64,000 nucleotides of DNA from Candidatus Hodarchaeaceae archaeon. GTDB taxonomy: Archaea; Hadarchaeota; Hadarchaeia; Hadarchaeales; Hadarchaeaceae. Both the position numbers and the translations under genes were made by a program. Every line of letters begins with the position of its first letter. Position 1 is the stretch's first letter. Positions 8,992 through 17,130 of this stretch are shown here, piece by piece. The stretch covers positions 4,883 to 68,882 of the forward strand of contig JASEJC010000001.1 of the NCBI GenBank assembly GCA_030016755.1, in the 5' to 3' direction. The notes below the pieces were generated by a model. That model was given only the letters and a program-made list of their open reading frames with translations, made no database searches and had not been told where the DNA came from.

Positions 8992-9261
8992 ATGGAGGAA
9001 GTTGCACCTGAAGAGAAGAAGCTCGTGGGAAAGGTGACCCACTACTTCACTAAGATAGGGGTGGGAGTCATCGAGCTTTCCGACGAGCTGAAGGTTGGCG
9101 ACCGGATCTCGATCGAGGGCGCGACGACAAACATCCAGCAAACCGTGGAGTCGATGGAGATTGAGCACAAAGCCGTGCAGAGCGCGAGCGCAGGGCAGTC
9201 GATTGGGCTCAAGGTCGTCCAGCGTGTGCGCGAGGGCGATCTCGTCTACAAGCTGGGCTGA
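8992..9261 (+). CDS. Small translation-elongation-factor-like protein (EF-Tu domain 2-like beta-barrel)
   Basis: 89 aa. GKVTHYFTKIGVGVIELSDELKVGDRISIEG...GQSIGLKV matches the small stand-alone EF-domain-2 family as I recall it. Confidence 0.7.
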   Translation: MEEVAPEEKKLVGKVTHYFTKIGVGVIELSDELKVGDRISIEGATTNIQQTVESMEIEHKAVQSASAGQSIGLKVVQRVREGDLVYKLG

Positions 9262-10091
9262 CGCCTTTTACCCTCTTTGAAAAGCTTTTCGAAGGTCCGA
9301 TCGGCGAGTTCCCTGAATGCCCTTGCCGCCCGAGATTTAGGGGAGTAGCGCACGACTGGGATGCCCGCCGTCAGACTTTCTCTAACTTTATCGTCGTCGG
9401 GTACCGTGGCGATAATCGGCCACCCAAGAGTCTTCCTGATCTCTGACAGGGGAACCTCGTAACGCTTGCCCATGATTTTGTTGACAACGACGCCTGTGAT
9501 CGGGATGCGGTACCGCTGGGCCGCACGGAAGGTCCGAAGGGTGCTAGCGATAGTCGGGATTTCAGGATTCGTCACAACCAGCATCTCGTCGCAAGCCTTT
9601 ATCGCAGCTACCGCCTCTGCACCAAGACCGGGCGCGGAGTCGATTATGATCAGCTTGTACTTTGACCTTGTCGGCTCTATAGCTCCTTTCAGATCAACTA
9701 GTGGGATACCCCCCTCATAAGCTACTGAACCAGGAACGGCGTGTAACTTGCCACCGACAACATTTGTAGCTCTTTCTATAGGTACTGCGCCCGCTAGGAC
9801 ATCGTGAATCGTCACCTTGGGGTCTATGATGCCGAGGTGTAGGCCGAGATTTGGTGCTGAGAGGTTTGCCTCAATTACTATTACCCCATTTCCAAGTCGC
9901 TCAGCCAAAAGCATGCCCAAGTTCGCTGCCGTTGTAGTCTTCCCCACGCCACCTTTACATGAAAATACGCCAACCACGCGCGCGCGCCGTGGTTTTATCT
10001 CGATCCTGCGCCCGCCACGCTTAAATCCGCGAAGCAGTTCTTTCATGCTAGAAAAGCGTTTTTTACGGGCGCTCGACAATCTACCAACCAT
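9246..10091 (-). CDS. MinD/ParA/Mrp-family P-loop ATPase
   Basis: Deviant Walker A motif SCKGGVGKTTTAANLG. 281 aa with a basic N-terminal extension. Confidence 0.85.
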   Translation of the reverse strand: MVGRLSSARKKRFSSMKELLRGFKRGGRRIEIKPRRARVVGVFSCKGGVGKTTTAANLGMLLAERLGNGVIVIEANLSAPNLGLHLGIIDPKVTIHDVLAGAVPIERATNVVGGKLHAVPGSVAYEGGIPLVDLKGAIEPTRSKYKLIIIDSAPGLGAEAVAAIKACDEMLVVTNPEIPTIASTLRTFRAAQRYRIPITGVVVNKIMGKRYEVPLSEIRKTLGWPIIATVPDDDKVRESLTAGIPVVRYSPKSRAARAFRELADRTFEKLFKEGKRRQPSL

Positions 10092-10109
10092 ACCAGTTGT
10101 GGCTGACCA

Positions 10110-10436
10110 TCATAAAAGTGTTGTAAACTCACCTGTCCTCGCTTGCTTAGCAGCTTCCTTACCCTTGTCCGTCAAAGTGTAAGCGGTCAACAACCCGCGC
10201 CTTGTCTCCCCGATCAAGCCTCGTTTCTTGAGAGATCCTAACAACACATCCATCCTGCTTGGGTTCACCGAGACCCCTTGACGAGCGAAAATCTCTTGGA
10301 TGATTTCGTGCTTGCTCATCGACGTGTGCCCATATAGAAAGCCTAAGACCAGAGTTTCTAGATTATCTGCCACAAATTTTGTGCTCTTCGCGACGTCTAT
10401 CTTGCGCACATTTTCAGTCGGGAATGGGGCCTTCAT
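10110..10436 (-). CDS. PadR-like winged-helix DNA-binding protein
   Basis: 108 aa. LVLGFLYGH..MSKHEIIQEI...LLGSLKKRGLI...YTLTDKGKE follows the wHTH pattern. Its ATG overlaps the stop of the upstream gene (ATGA). Confidence 0.6.
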   Translation of the reverse strand: MKAPFPTENVRKIDVAKSTKFVADNLETLVLGFLYGHTSMSKHEIIQEIFARQGVSVNPSRMDVLLGSLKKRGLIGETRRGLLTAYTLTDKGKEAAKQARTGEFTTLL

Positions 10437-11320
10437 TTTTCCCGCCCCATCTTGCGCTTTAGCCGCTTCAACAGCCTTACATCTTCCTTTGCGCCTTTTT
10501 GCACCTTTGGCTTGCTCGGCCGCTCAAGCGTCTCAATCGCGGGTTCTTCCGCGGGCCTGAGTTTTGTCGCATGTTTCAAACGTCTGATGGTTGGGGCCAT
10601 CTCGGGTCCCCTAACCTCCGCGCCTCTGGGTTTTCTCCCCATTACCCTGCGCTTGAGCCAAGCCAGCGAGACAAATGGTTTCATCGGGCGGGTTGAGAAC
10701 CAGTAAAATGCTGAAACCCCACCTGCAACAGCGACGATCGACAGCACCGCATACAGGCCCAGCGGCGCGGGAACCCCAGCCGACTGCCCCGCCACTGCAA
10801 ATACTGAAAACCCGGGACTAGTGGCCTCGTAGTAGAGGTAGAAATCGCTAGTTTGGATCAAAGTTGTTGGTAGCTCCTGCCACGCACCGTTCAACCTCAG
10901 CAGCGTGATAGAATTTTCGTCAATGCGATTTTGCTCGGCCCAGTCTCTTAGCACCCTGAACTGAATTACCGCGTTCTCGATGTCTTCGCTCGCTTCGAGA
11001 GAGAAGTAGGTCTGCACAAGTAAGGAAGGCTCTGCGACTCCTGCTGGTTTCTCAAGCTGCTCAACTACGATATCCACTTTCTTGACGTTTTCCCCAAGCC
11101 AAAGCGTTATCCGGGTGATTGTTGGATGCCCGACCAGCACGATGCTGTGCGTGTTGGCTAGGTTGTCTTCCGCAGCGCCTTGGATTGTCATAAGATTTCC
11201 TAGTGAAGCGAGAGAGATGGGGGCAAAAGCAATCGCCGCCAGAAGGCCCACAATAAGACACCCTAAAACTTGCCCCGCCCAGTAACCTCTACCCCGTGCC
11301 TTTGCCAGGGGTCCGCTCAA
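10433..11320 (-). CDS. Membrane protein with a PGF-pre-PGF-like extracellular domain and a Lys/Arg-rich cytoplasmic tail
   Basis: N-terminal TM, then a domain ending ...YYEATSPGFSVFAVAG, a second TM, and a tail rich in K/R. The domain name is from recollection of TIGR04213-type proteins. Confidence 0.6.
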   Translation of the reverse strand: MSGPLAKARGRGYWAGQVLGCLIVGLLAAIAFAPISLASLGNLMTIQGAAEDNLANTHSIVLVGHPTITRITLWLGENVKKVDIVVEQLEKPAGVAEPSLLVQTYFSLEASEDIENAVIQFRVLRDWAEQNRIDENSITLLRLNGAWQELPTTLIQTSDFYLYYEATSPGFSVFAVAGQSAGVPAPLGLYAVLSIVAVAGGVSAFYWFSTRPMKPFVSLAWLKRRVMGRKPRGAEVRGPEMAPTIRRLKHATKLRPAEEPAIETLERPSKPKVQKGAKEDVRLLKRLKRKMGREK

Positions 11321-11433
11321 GCACTTCCCTCGTTTAACCCTTTTTTGGCCGGGCTTTTATCGGCTTTTAAAAGGTGAAAATCTTTCAAATTTTTTCGAAA
11401 CATTTATTAATCCTCGAATGGGCCCCAATATTG

Positions 11434-12072
11434 ATGAAGAAAGGCGAACGGGTTCTGCGCGAGATCCTATACCGCTTTCACGAGCGCAATGAGCGGTTCA
11501 TGAGCCAAAAGGCGCTGGCGGAGGCTTGCGGACTTTCCCTTGGCACGGTCAACCCAATCGTGCGCAGGCTAGAACAGCTTGGCGCCATCGAGAAGAAACC
11601 CCTAGGATTTAGGGTCAGCGATGTGACGCGCATCCTGCTGTACTGGGCCAGCAAGAGGAACTTGGCTAAGGATATAGTCTATAGCACCAGCACTTCCCTC
11701 TCAGCAGCAAATATTGAGAAGGACCTGCCCCAAGGCTCGGTTATGACTGCCTATTCTGGTTTCAATGCTAGATTTGGTGAAGTGCCGATAGACTATCAAG
11801 AAGTTTATGTGTATGCAGACCCGGCTGAGCTGAAGCGAAGGTTCCCCCGCGCGCGAGGCCGTTTGAATAACCTCATCGTGCTGAAGCCAGATGAACACCT
11901 CATTCGACTCAGCGAGGGAGGTATTGCCCCCCTAGCCCAGATTTACGTTGACCTGTGGCAACTTGGTGATCCGGCAAAAAAACTCGTCGATGAACTCGGC
12001 GCGCGGATGCGGGCAGGGGAGATAGGTGCGCTTCAGGGGATTATTAAAAGGACCCGGGAGCGGCCCGGATAA
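11434..12072 (+). CDS. Winged-helix transcriptional regulator with an uncharacterised C-terminal domain
   Basis: MSQKALAEACGLSLGTVNPIVRRLEQLGAIEKK forms the wHTH. The start was set at ATG 11434 (MKKGERV). Confidence 0.6.
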   Translation: MKKGERVLREILYRFHERNERFMSQKALAEACGLSLGTVNPIVRRLEQLGAIEKKPLGFRVSDVTRILLYWASKRNLAKDIVYSTSTSLSAANIEKDLPQGSVMTAYSGFNARFGEVPIDYQEVYVYADPAELKRRFPRARGRLNNLIVLKPDEHLIRLSEGGIAPLAQIYVDLWQLGDPAKKLVDELGARMRAGEIGALQGIIKRTRERPG

Positions 12073-12940
12073 TCGACTTCTCAAGCTTTAGGAGCAGAGC
12101 CTTTGCGCCCTCCAAGTTTGCCGTTTTACCCCTACACCGCGAACACGCTGCTGCTGCACGCTCGATATCTTTGCGGAAGCTCTCGTATGGTTTTGCCGCC
12201 TCAATTATCCTGTTCACAAGTGCCCGGATTTGCTTTGCCGGCACTTCAAATGTGCCACAGAAGGGGCACCCTGCCAACTCCTCAACGGCGCTGACCCTCA
12301 TTAAGGCCCGGTCTGGTCCCGATGGGTGCCGCTTCTTGACCAGGCGAACCGCATCCTCTGGGCAAACCTCCTCACAGCTGGCGCAACTGATGCACTTATC
12401 GTACATGAATTTCACCGTTCGCTTGTTGCCCTCGTCCGCCAGCTCTATCGCGGATGTTGGGCATGCCTTTTCACATGCGCCGCAGCCCGTACACTTCTCT
12501 GAATCAAGCTCGGGCTGCCCCCTGAAACCCTTGGGGGCCAGCCAGCGTCTGTACTTGACACCCATGGTCCGAGCTACCCCCTCCCCTATCGCCTGGGGAC
12601 TGGGTGGGCAACCAAGGACATACAAATTAACCGGGATGAACTTGTCCGTTGGTTCAAGAGCACTGTACGATTTCTGGAAAATCCCGCTTGATAGAGCACA
12701 CGTACCAACTGCAATCACGGTTTTGGGTTCCCTGAGCTTGTTGTAAACTTCCTTGAGGGGTCCCGCCATTTTTGCGCTGACGACTCCAACAACGAGGAGC
12801 ATATTCGCTTTCTCGGGCTCGTCCACTATTCTCGCTTTGAGATTTCCAATACCGAACCTCTCAGCCAGTGCACACACTACCTCGATGTCGCAGCCATTGC
12901 AGGAGCCAACGTTCAGGCGGTAAACTCCTATCTCGCTCAC
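12044..12940 (-). CDS. [NiFe]-hydrogenase small subunit (NuoB/MbhJ/EchC-like) fused to a 2x[4Fe-4S] ferredoxin domain and a CxxC-x37-CxxC tail
   Basis: GSCNGCDIEV, GTCALSSG and GCPPSP are the NuoB-type cluster ligands. CTGCGACEKACP and CISCASCEEVCP follow, then CPFC...CSRC. GTG start at 12940. Confidence 0.85.
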   Translation of the reverse strand: MSEIGVYRLNVGSCNGCDIEVVCALAERFGIGNLKARIVDEPEKANMLLVVGVVSAKMAGPLKEVYNKLREPKTVIAVGTCALSSGIFQKSYSALEPTDKFIPVNLYVLGCPPSPQAIGEGVARTMGVKYRRWLAPKGFRGQPELDSEKCTGCGACEKACPTSAIELADEGNKRTVKFMYDKCISCASCEEVCPEDAVRLVKKRHPSGPDRALMRVSAVEELAGCPFCGTFEVPAKQIRALVNRIIEAAKPYESFRKDIERAAAACSRCRGKTANLEGAKALLLKLEKSIIRAAPGSF

Positions 12941-12951
12941 CTCAACCCGTC

Positions 12952-14277
12952 CTAAATTCCCGTACTAAACTGTACAGGCAATTTTTCTGGCTCCATCCCC
13001 AGCTTCGCTTGGGCTACAAGCCCATCCACTGGGGACTGCATCTGCCAGCAGTCGGCGGGGACGTGCCTCGCCCCATCCTTAGCTATGTTCCAGCTCGCCA
13101 CCAAGTGACGGCTGGCCTCGAACCCGCAAGCTTTGCACCTGTAGGTGTGCCCATTCGGCCTGTTGTACCGGCCACATATCGGGCAGTCCTTCGACTTGTG
13201 GTAGTTGCTGACCTCCACCGTTGGCAGTCCTTGTCGCGCCACCTTGTACTCGGCATAGAACTGGAACTTTCGGAAAGGCCACTGGTTGAGCCTCCTGCGC
13301 ATGTCCTTCCGCAGGGCCCTGCCGTTCTTCGACTTGCGCTTCGAGCGCATGAAACCACGAATTCCCTTGATACCCCCGAAGGTGACCGCGACTCGCTCTC
13401 GCTCGGCAATCTTGGCGATCTGTTTGCTGACAACGTGTAGGATCTGGTTAGTGCGGTTGCGCTCCCTTCGCCAGTACTTCGCCTTGAGCCTGCGCTTCTG
13501 CACCGGTCGCTGCGGTGGCGTATCCAGCTTTCGCTGAATCGATTTGCGCTTGAGCTGTGACGAGTGCCTTATCGCGGGGAGCTTTGAGACATCGAGACTG
13601 ATGTGTTTTGGCTGTTCGTTTGGCTTCAGGATGGTCAAATCAACGCTCTGCTCGTTGATGTCTATGCCGCAGATGCCCTCCGTTGGCCTCGGTTCCACCT
13701 CGCACTTGAACGGCACAAAAACATTGGCTCGATCTTTGAATAGCGAGATCGTGATTTCCCCGACTTTCTTTTTACCTTCCCGCCAGTCGCGGAGGTATCG
13801 GAGTACGTGGTGCTCGGTCACCACGAGCGGAAGCCAAAGGTACTCCCCGCGACGGATTCTGATTTGAATCACATTTCCGCAGAACCTGCAAACGCCAGTT
13901 TGGTTTCTATCGCCCCAGAGTTCTAGGCGCATTGTCCGCGCTTTGTAGGCGGGTGGCTTCTCCGGGTTCGCCTGTCCTTGGCGACAGAGCTTCCGCCACG
14001 AGCGGAGCGTCTGCGTAGCCATCTGCCCGGCCGAGTGGAACCAGTGCGTCGCTAGATCAAAGCGCGACTTCCACTCCTCGTAGGCGACGTGATGTAGCGA
14101 GGCGCGGGAAGTAACCTTATGTTCGAGGCACTTCTGGATGTAGAAGTTAACCGACTCCGCGAACTTGCCGAGGAGATCGCCCAGCAGCTCGCGCTTTCGC
14201 CCAGTCAGCGGAGGTGTAATGAATCTAGCGGAGCTGACGGACTGCACATCTTCTACCTCCGATGCGTTTTCTACCAT
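12952..14277 (-). CDS. TnpB-like (IS200/IS605 OrfB family) protein with apparently degenerate RuvC motifs II and III
   Basis: GICGIDINE (RuvC-I), zinc ribbon CPICG...CKACG and C-terminal WNIA are present. The expected IVxEDL reads VAVTFGGI, and the expected RDxNAAxNI reads RHLVASWNI. The track ORF extends to GTG 14412. ATG 14277 (MVENAS) lies about 45 nt downstream of a TATA-like box. Confidence 0.85.
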   Translation of the reverse strand: MVENASEVEDVQSVSSARFITPPLTGRKRELLGDLLGKFAESVNFYIQKCLEHKVTSRASLHHVAYEEWKSRFDLATHWFHSAGQMATQTLRSWRKLCRQGQANPEKPPAYKARTMRLELWGDRNQTGVCRFCGNVIQIRIRRGEYLWLPLVVTEHHVLRYLRDWREGKKKVGEITISLFKDRANVFVPFKCEVEPRPTEGICGIDINEQSVDLTILKPNEQPKHISLDVSKLPAIRHSSQLKRKSIQRKLDTPPQRPVQKRRLKAKYWRRERNRTNQILHVVSKQIAKIAERERVAVTFGGIKGIRGFMRSKRKSKNGRALRKDMRRRLNQWPFRKFQFYAEYKVARQGLPTVEVSNYHKSKDCPICGRYNRPNGHTYRCKACGFEASRHLVASWNIAKDGARHVPADCWQMQSPVDGLVAQAKLGMEPEKLPVQFSTGI

Positions 14278-14320
14278 TTTCTGCCCAAGCCACTTTGGGG
14301 GAGGGGGGTCTCCGAAAGTA

Positions 14321-14338
14321 ATATATAAACTATTTAAA
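14321..14338 (-). promoter_or_regulatory. TATA-like box (minus strand CCTTTAAATAGTTTATATAT) upstream of the TnpB-like ORF
   Basis: AT-rich box in an otherwise GC-rich spacer, about 45 nt upstream of ATG 14277. Confidence 0.4.
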
Positions 14339-14449
14339 GGGCTCCCAGGCACGACCTGATTGTCTTCTAGAGCCCATTTTTGGTGCCTTTTTTCGCCATT
14401 TTTCAGGGGCACCGAAAGTATTCCCCGAATGATACGGTCTGGTACGGTT

Positions 14450-15595
14450 TTATGTAGCAGCTACAACACCCCTCAGCTCATCTAAAGTGACCCGCCTGCT
14501 CCTTCCCGTCCGCTCGTCCACGACAGTGACGCGATTCGTACAGGAGATGCAACGGTCCAGGCTCTCCAAAATCACTGGGAAGTCGGCTAGTTTTTGTTCG
14601 CGGAGCATCTCCACGACGGCTCGATCGTTCATGTAAGTAGGTGGCCTGAGCTTAACCCGTTCTGGATAATTTGTTCCGTTCGACCTCACATAATAAATAA
14701 GCTCGCCTCGCGGTGCCTCCACTCTGCTGAAGTCCTCCCCAACCAGCGGCTCCCTAATATCCACGCTAATTTCACCTTTAGGCATGCGCTCGATTAGCTG
14801 TCGGATAATTTTCACGCTTTCCAAAGTCTCCCTCGCCCGAACCAAAGCCCTTGAAAAAACATCGCCCTCCTCTTCCGTGGGGATTTCGAAATCCACTTCC
14901 CCATAGGCGGCATACGGGTCGTCTTTCCGTATATCGCTTTCAACACCTGATGCTCTGAGCACGGGGCCCACTACACCGTATGCCCTTGCTTTACCCCTAG
15001 GTAGGGGACCGAGCCCCGAAAGCGTGGGCGCTGCATTCCTAAGCTCTCTTGAAATGTCATCAGTGAGGGTTTCGAGGTCACCCATCAGAGACTTCACTGC
15101 TGCCAACATCCTCTTGGTCACGTCGCGCCTGACCCCACCTATCGAATTTATCGAAAAGTGCACCCGGTTGCCGCAGATGGACTCGATTAAATCCATCAAG
15201 CTCTCACGAGCGTTGATGATTTTAATGAACTGACCTTCGTTGTGTAGTGTATGAAAAAACAACCCAAACCACATGTAATGACTGTGCAAACGATCCATCT
15301 CAAAAACTAGTGACCTGATATTTCTCGCCCGCGCCGGAACTTCCGCGCCGAAAATCTTTTCCACCGCTTGGCAATATGCCGTGGAGTGGGCTTGGGAGCA
15401 CAACCCGCATACGCGCTCAGCCAGGAAAACATTTTGAACAAATGACTTCGATTCCATCAGGCGCTCAATCCCACGATGCGTATAGCCTTGCCTAATTTCC
15501 ACATCAGTAATTTTGCCATCGCGCACAGTAATCTCGTATAACTCTGGCTCCAGCAACAAGGGGTGATATGGCCCTACCTTTACCACATCGAACAT
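14450..15595 (-). CDS. [NiFe]-hydrogenase large subunit, group-4-like (EchE/MbhL/NuoD fold)
   Basis: N-terminal Ni-binding pair RVCGLCSQAH and C-terminal pair DRCISCTNR are both present. VGPYHPLLLEP and GYTHRGIE are family motifs. Confidence 0.9.
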   Translation of the reverse strand: MFDVVKVGPYHPLLLEPELYEITVRDGKITDVEIRQGYTHRGIERLMESKSFVQNVFLAERVCGLCSQAHSTAYCQAVEKIFGAEVPARARNIRSLVFEMDRLHSHYMWFGLFFHTLHNEGQFIKIINARESLMDLIESICGNRVHFSINSIGGVRRDVTKRMLAAVKSLMGDLETLTDDISRELRNAAPTLSGLGPLPRGKARAYGVVGPVLRASGVESDIRKDDPYAAYGEVDFEIPTEEEGDVFSRALVRARETLESVKIIRQLIERMPKGEISVDIREPLVGEDFSRVEAPRGELIYYVRSNGTNYPERVKLRPPTYMNDRAVVEMLREQKLADFPVILESLDRCISCTNRVTVVDERTGRSRRVTLDELRGVVAAT

Positions 15596-16462
15596 TTACC
15601 CAATCCTCGCAGCCAGTTGGGAGACTGGGCTTCGATGAAACTCTAACGACAGCTCCTTTGCAGGTACACTAAAGGCGAGGGCTAGAAGCTCAGCTAAGTG
15701 TAGACATGGGACCGAAAACTTTTCGCCGTATCTTCTGAGGTCAAGCTGCCCTGATTCAAACTGAACGTTGCATGCGGGACACACCACCGTGACGCCATCG
15801 ACCCCCACGTGTTGATAGCACTTCAGCTTAGGGAGGAGGTTGTGCTTCAGCGAAAACTCTTTATCTACTTGGGATGTCGGAAAACCGCAACACATCTGAT
15901 CTAAATCACAGCGGATGACCTCAGCCCCCGTCGCGCGCACTAGCTCCTCGAACTGCCTTGGCTTCCTCCAGATGTCTCCACCGTCTTCCTCCCTGAAGAG
16001 GTGACAACCGTAGTGTACCGCTAGCTTCAGGTTAAGCGGTTTCTTGACCCGCTCCTTTATCGCTTCGACTCCGACATCCTCATGGAGAACCTCTACAATG
16101 TGCCTGACCTTTATTGTCCCCCCGTACTTCCTCCCCACCTTGGTCAAGAGCTCATTGATCTCGCCGGCAGTTTCCTCCTGTTTCATGGCTTCGTTGGCCT
16201 CCCACAGTGTCTCAAAACAGCCGTTGCACAGCACCACAACATCGAGGCCCTGTTTCTCCGCTATGCTCAAGTTCCTAGCCGATAGGGAGAGCGCGACCTT
16301 CCTATCCATCAGGCGTGCCAAGATTGGGTCCGGGCAACATGTGTAGCCCGACATGTCCGCGATCTCGAGCCCAAGCGAACTGAAAACTTTGCGTGTGGCC
16401 AGTTCAGCGCTGGGGAGCCGCTGGGGTATCAAACAACCCAAGAAAAGAGCATATTTTTTCAC
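15596..16462 (-). CDS. HdrB-like protein with two CCG domains (heterodisulfide-reductase subunit B family)
   Basis: YALFLGC...YTCCPDP and ...QMCCGFP...CPAC are the CCG-type Cys motifs. The probable GTG start at 16462 overlaps the NuoC-like stop (GTGA). Confidence 0.8.
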   Translation of the reverse strand: MKKYALFLGCLIPQRLPSAELATRKVFSSLGLEIADMSGYTCCPDPILARLMDRKVALSLSARNLSIAEKQGLDVVVLCNGCFETLWEANEAMKQEETAGEINELLTKVGRKYGGTIKVRHIVEVLHEDVGVEAIKERVKKPLNLKLAVHYGCHLFREEDGGDIWRKPRQFEELVRATGAEVIRCDLDQMCCGFPTSQVDKEFSLKHNLLPKLKCYQHVGVDGVTVVCPACNVQFESGQLDLRRYGEKFSVPCLHLAELLALAFSVPAKELSLEFHRSPVSQLAARIG

Positions 16463-17130
16463 TTTTTCGTCCCCCTCAATTTCTTCCGCTCCCAATCGTA
16501 GCCGACCCGCTCGCTGAAACTCGTCTGCTTGATTAGCTCGTGAACCTCTTTCAGCTGGGGCTCGCTCGAGTAACTTGCGGGGGGTTGGGGAGGTAGCCCC
16601 GCCTCCACGCGCCTGCGCTCAACCAAGGGAGTTATGGGCGCAGTGGCACCGACGGTTGTAATAGCCTCAGCTACGGGGGTGATTTCATCTGGCACTGGGG
16701 GCTTGAAGGGCTTGCCCAGCGGGAAACTGCCCTCCGGCCACTCGTCTTGTAACACCAAATGCCTCGGCTCGGGATGGTCCCTGAATTTCGCCCCGCAAAG
16801 CTCGGCTGCCTCCTTCTCCGCCCATTCCGCCGCCGGAGTCAGGCCGACTATGCTATCGATTTCAGGGTTCTCCTTCGCCAACCTTGTTTTCAGCACCACG
16901 ACCCTACCCGTTAAATCGAAGTGGTAAAGCAACTCGATATCCAACCCCACATCGATGGCTGCGATGATTATGAACCGTGCCCCCCCACCAAGCAGGCTCT
17001 CGGTGGCCTTTCTTATCGCCCCAGGTGTTATCTCCGCCCAAACCTTGCGTTCTCGAGGCGTGGACGCGTTCAGAAGTTCGTCCCCGAGGTTTTCCTTCAG
17101 GAGTTTAACTATTGCGTTTTCCTCCACCAT
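16459..17130 (-). CDS. NuoC/MbhK/EchD-like 30-kDa hydrogenase subunit
   Basis: LLYHFDL...PAAEWAEKEAAELCGAKFRDHPEPRHL. The start was set at MVEENAIV (17130), after AAAGGAGGTG, overlapping the upstream stop (TAATG). Confidence 0.85.
   Translation of the reverse strand: MVEENAIVKLLKENLGDELLNASTPRERKVWAEITPGAIRKATESLLGGGARFIIIAAIDVGLDIELLYHFDLTGRVVVLKTRLAKENPEIDSIVGLTPAAEWAEKEAAELCGAKFRDHPEPRHLVLQDEWPEGSFPLGKPFKPPVPDEITPVAEAITTVGATAPITPLVERRRVEAGLPPQPPASYSSEPQLKEVHELIKQTSFSERVGYDWERKKLRGTKK

Larger units (their letters stand above)
12941..14449 (-). mobile_element. Possible solo-tnpB insertion (no tnpA) filling the entire gap between the hydrogenase large- and small-subunit genes
   Basis: The TnpB-like ORF plus 38 nt and 11 nt of flanks interrupt an otherwise overlapping or abutting gene series. 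The element ends are not defined, and no second copy is seen in the window. Confidence 0.35.

Noticed and set aside
14278-14412. 45-codon N-terminal extension of the TnpB-like ORF (GTG 14412)
   Set aside because: The extension would run through the TATA-like box and the direct repeats. ATG 14277 lies at a sensible distance downstream of that box. The extension is kept only as an alternative.
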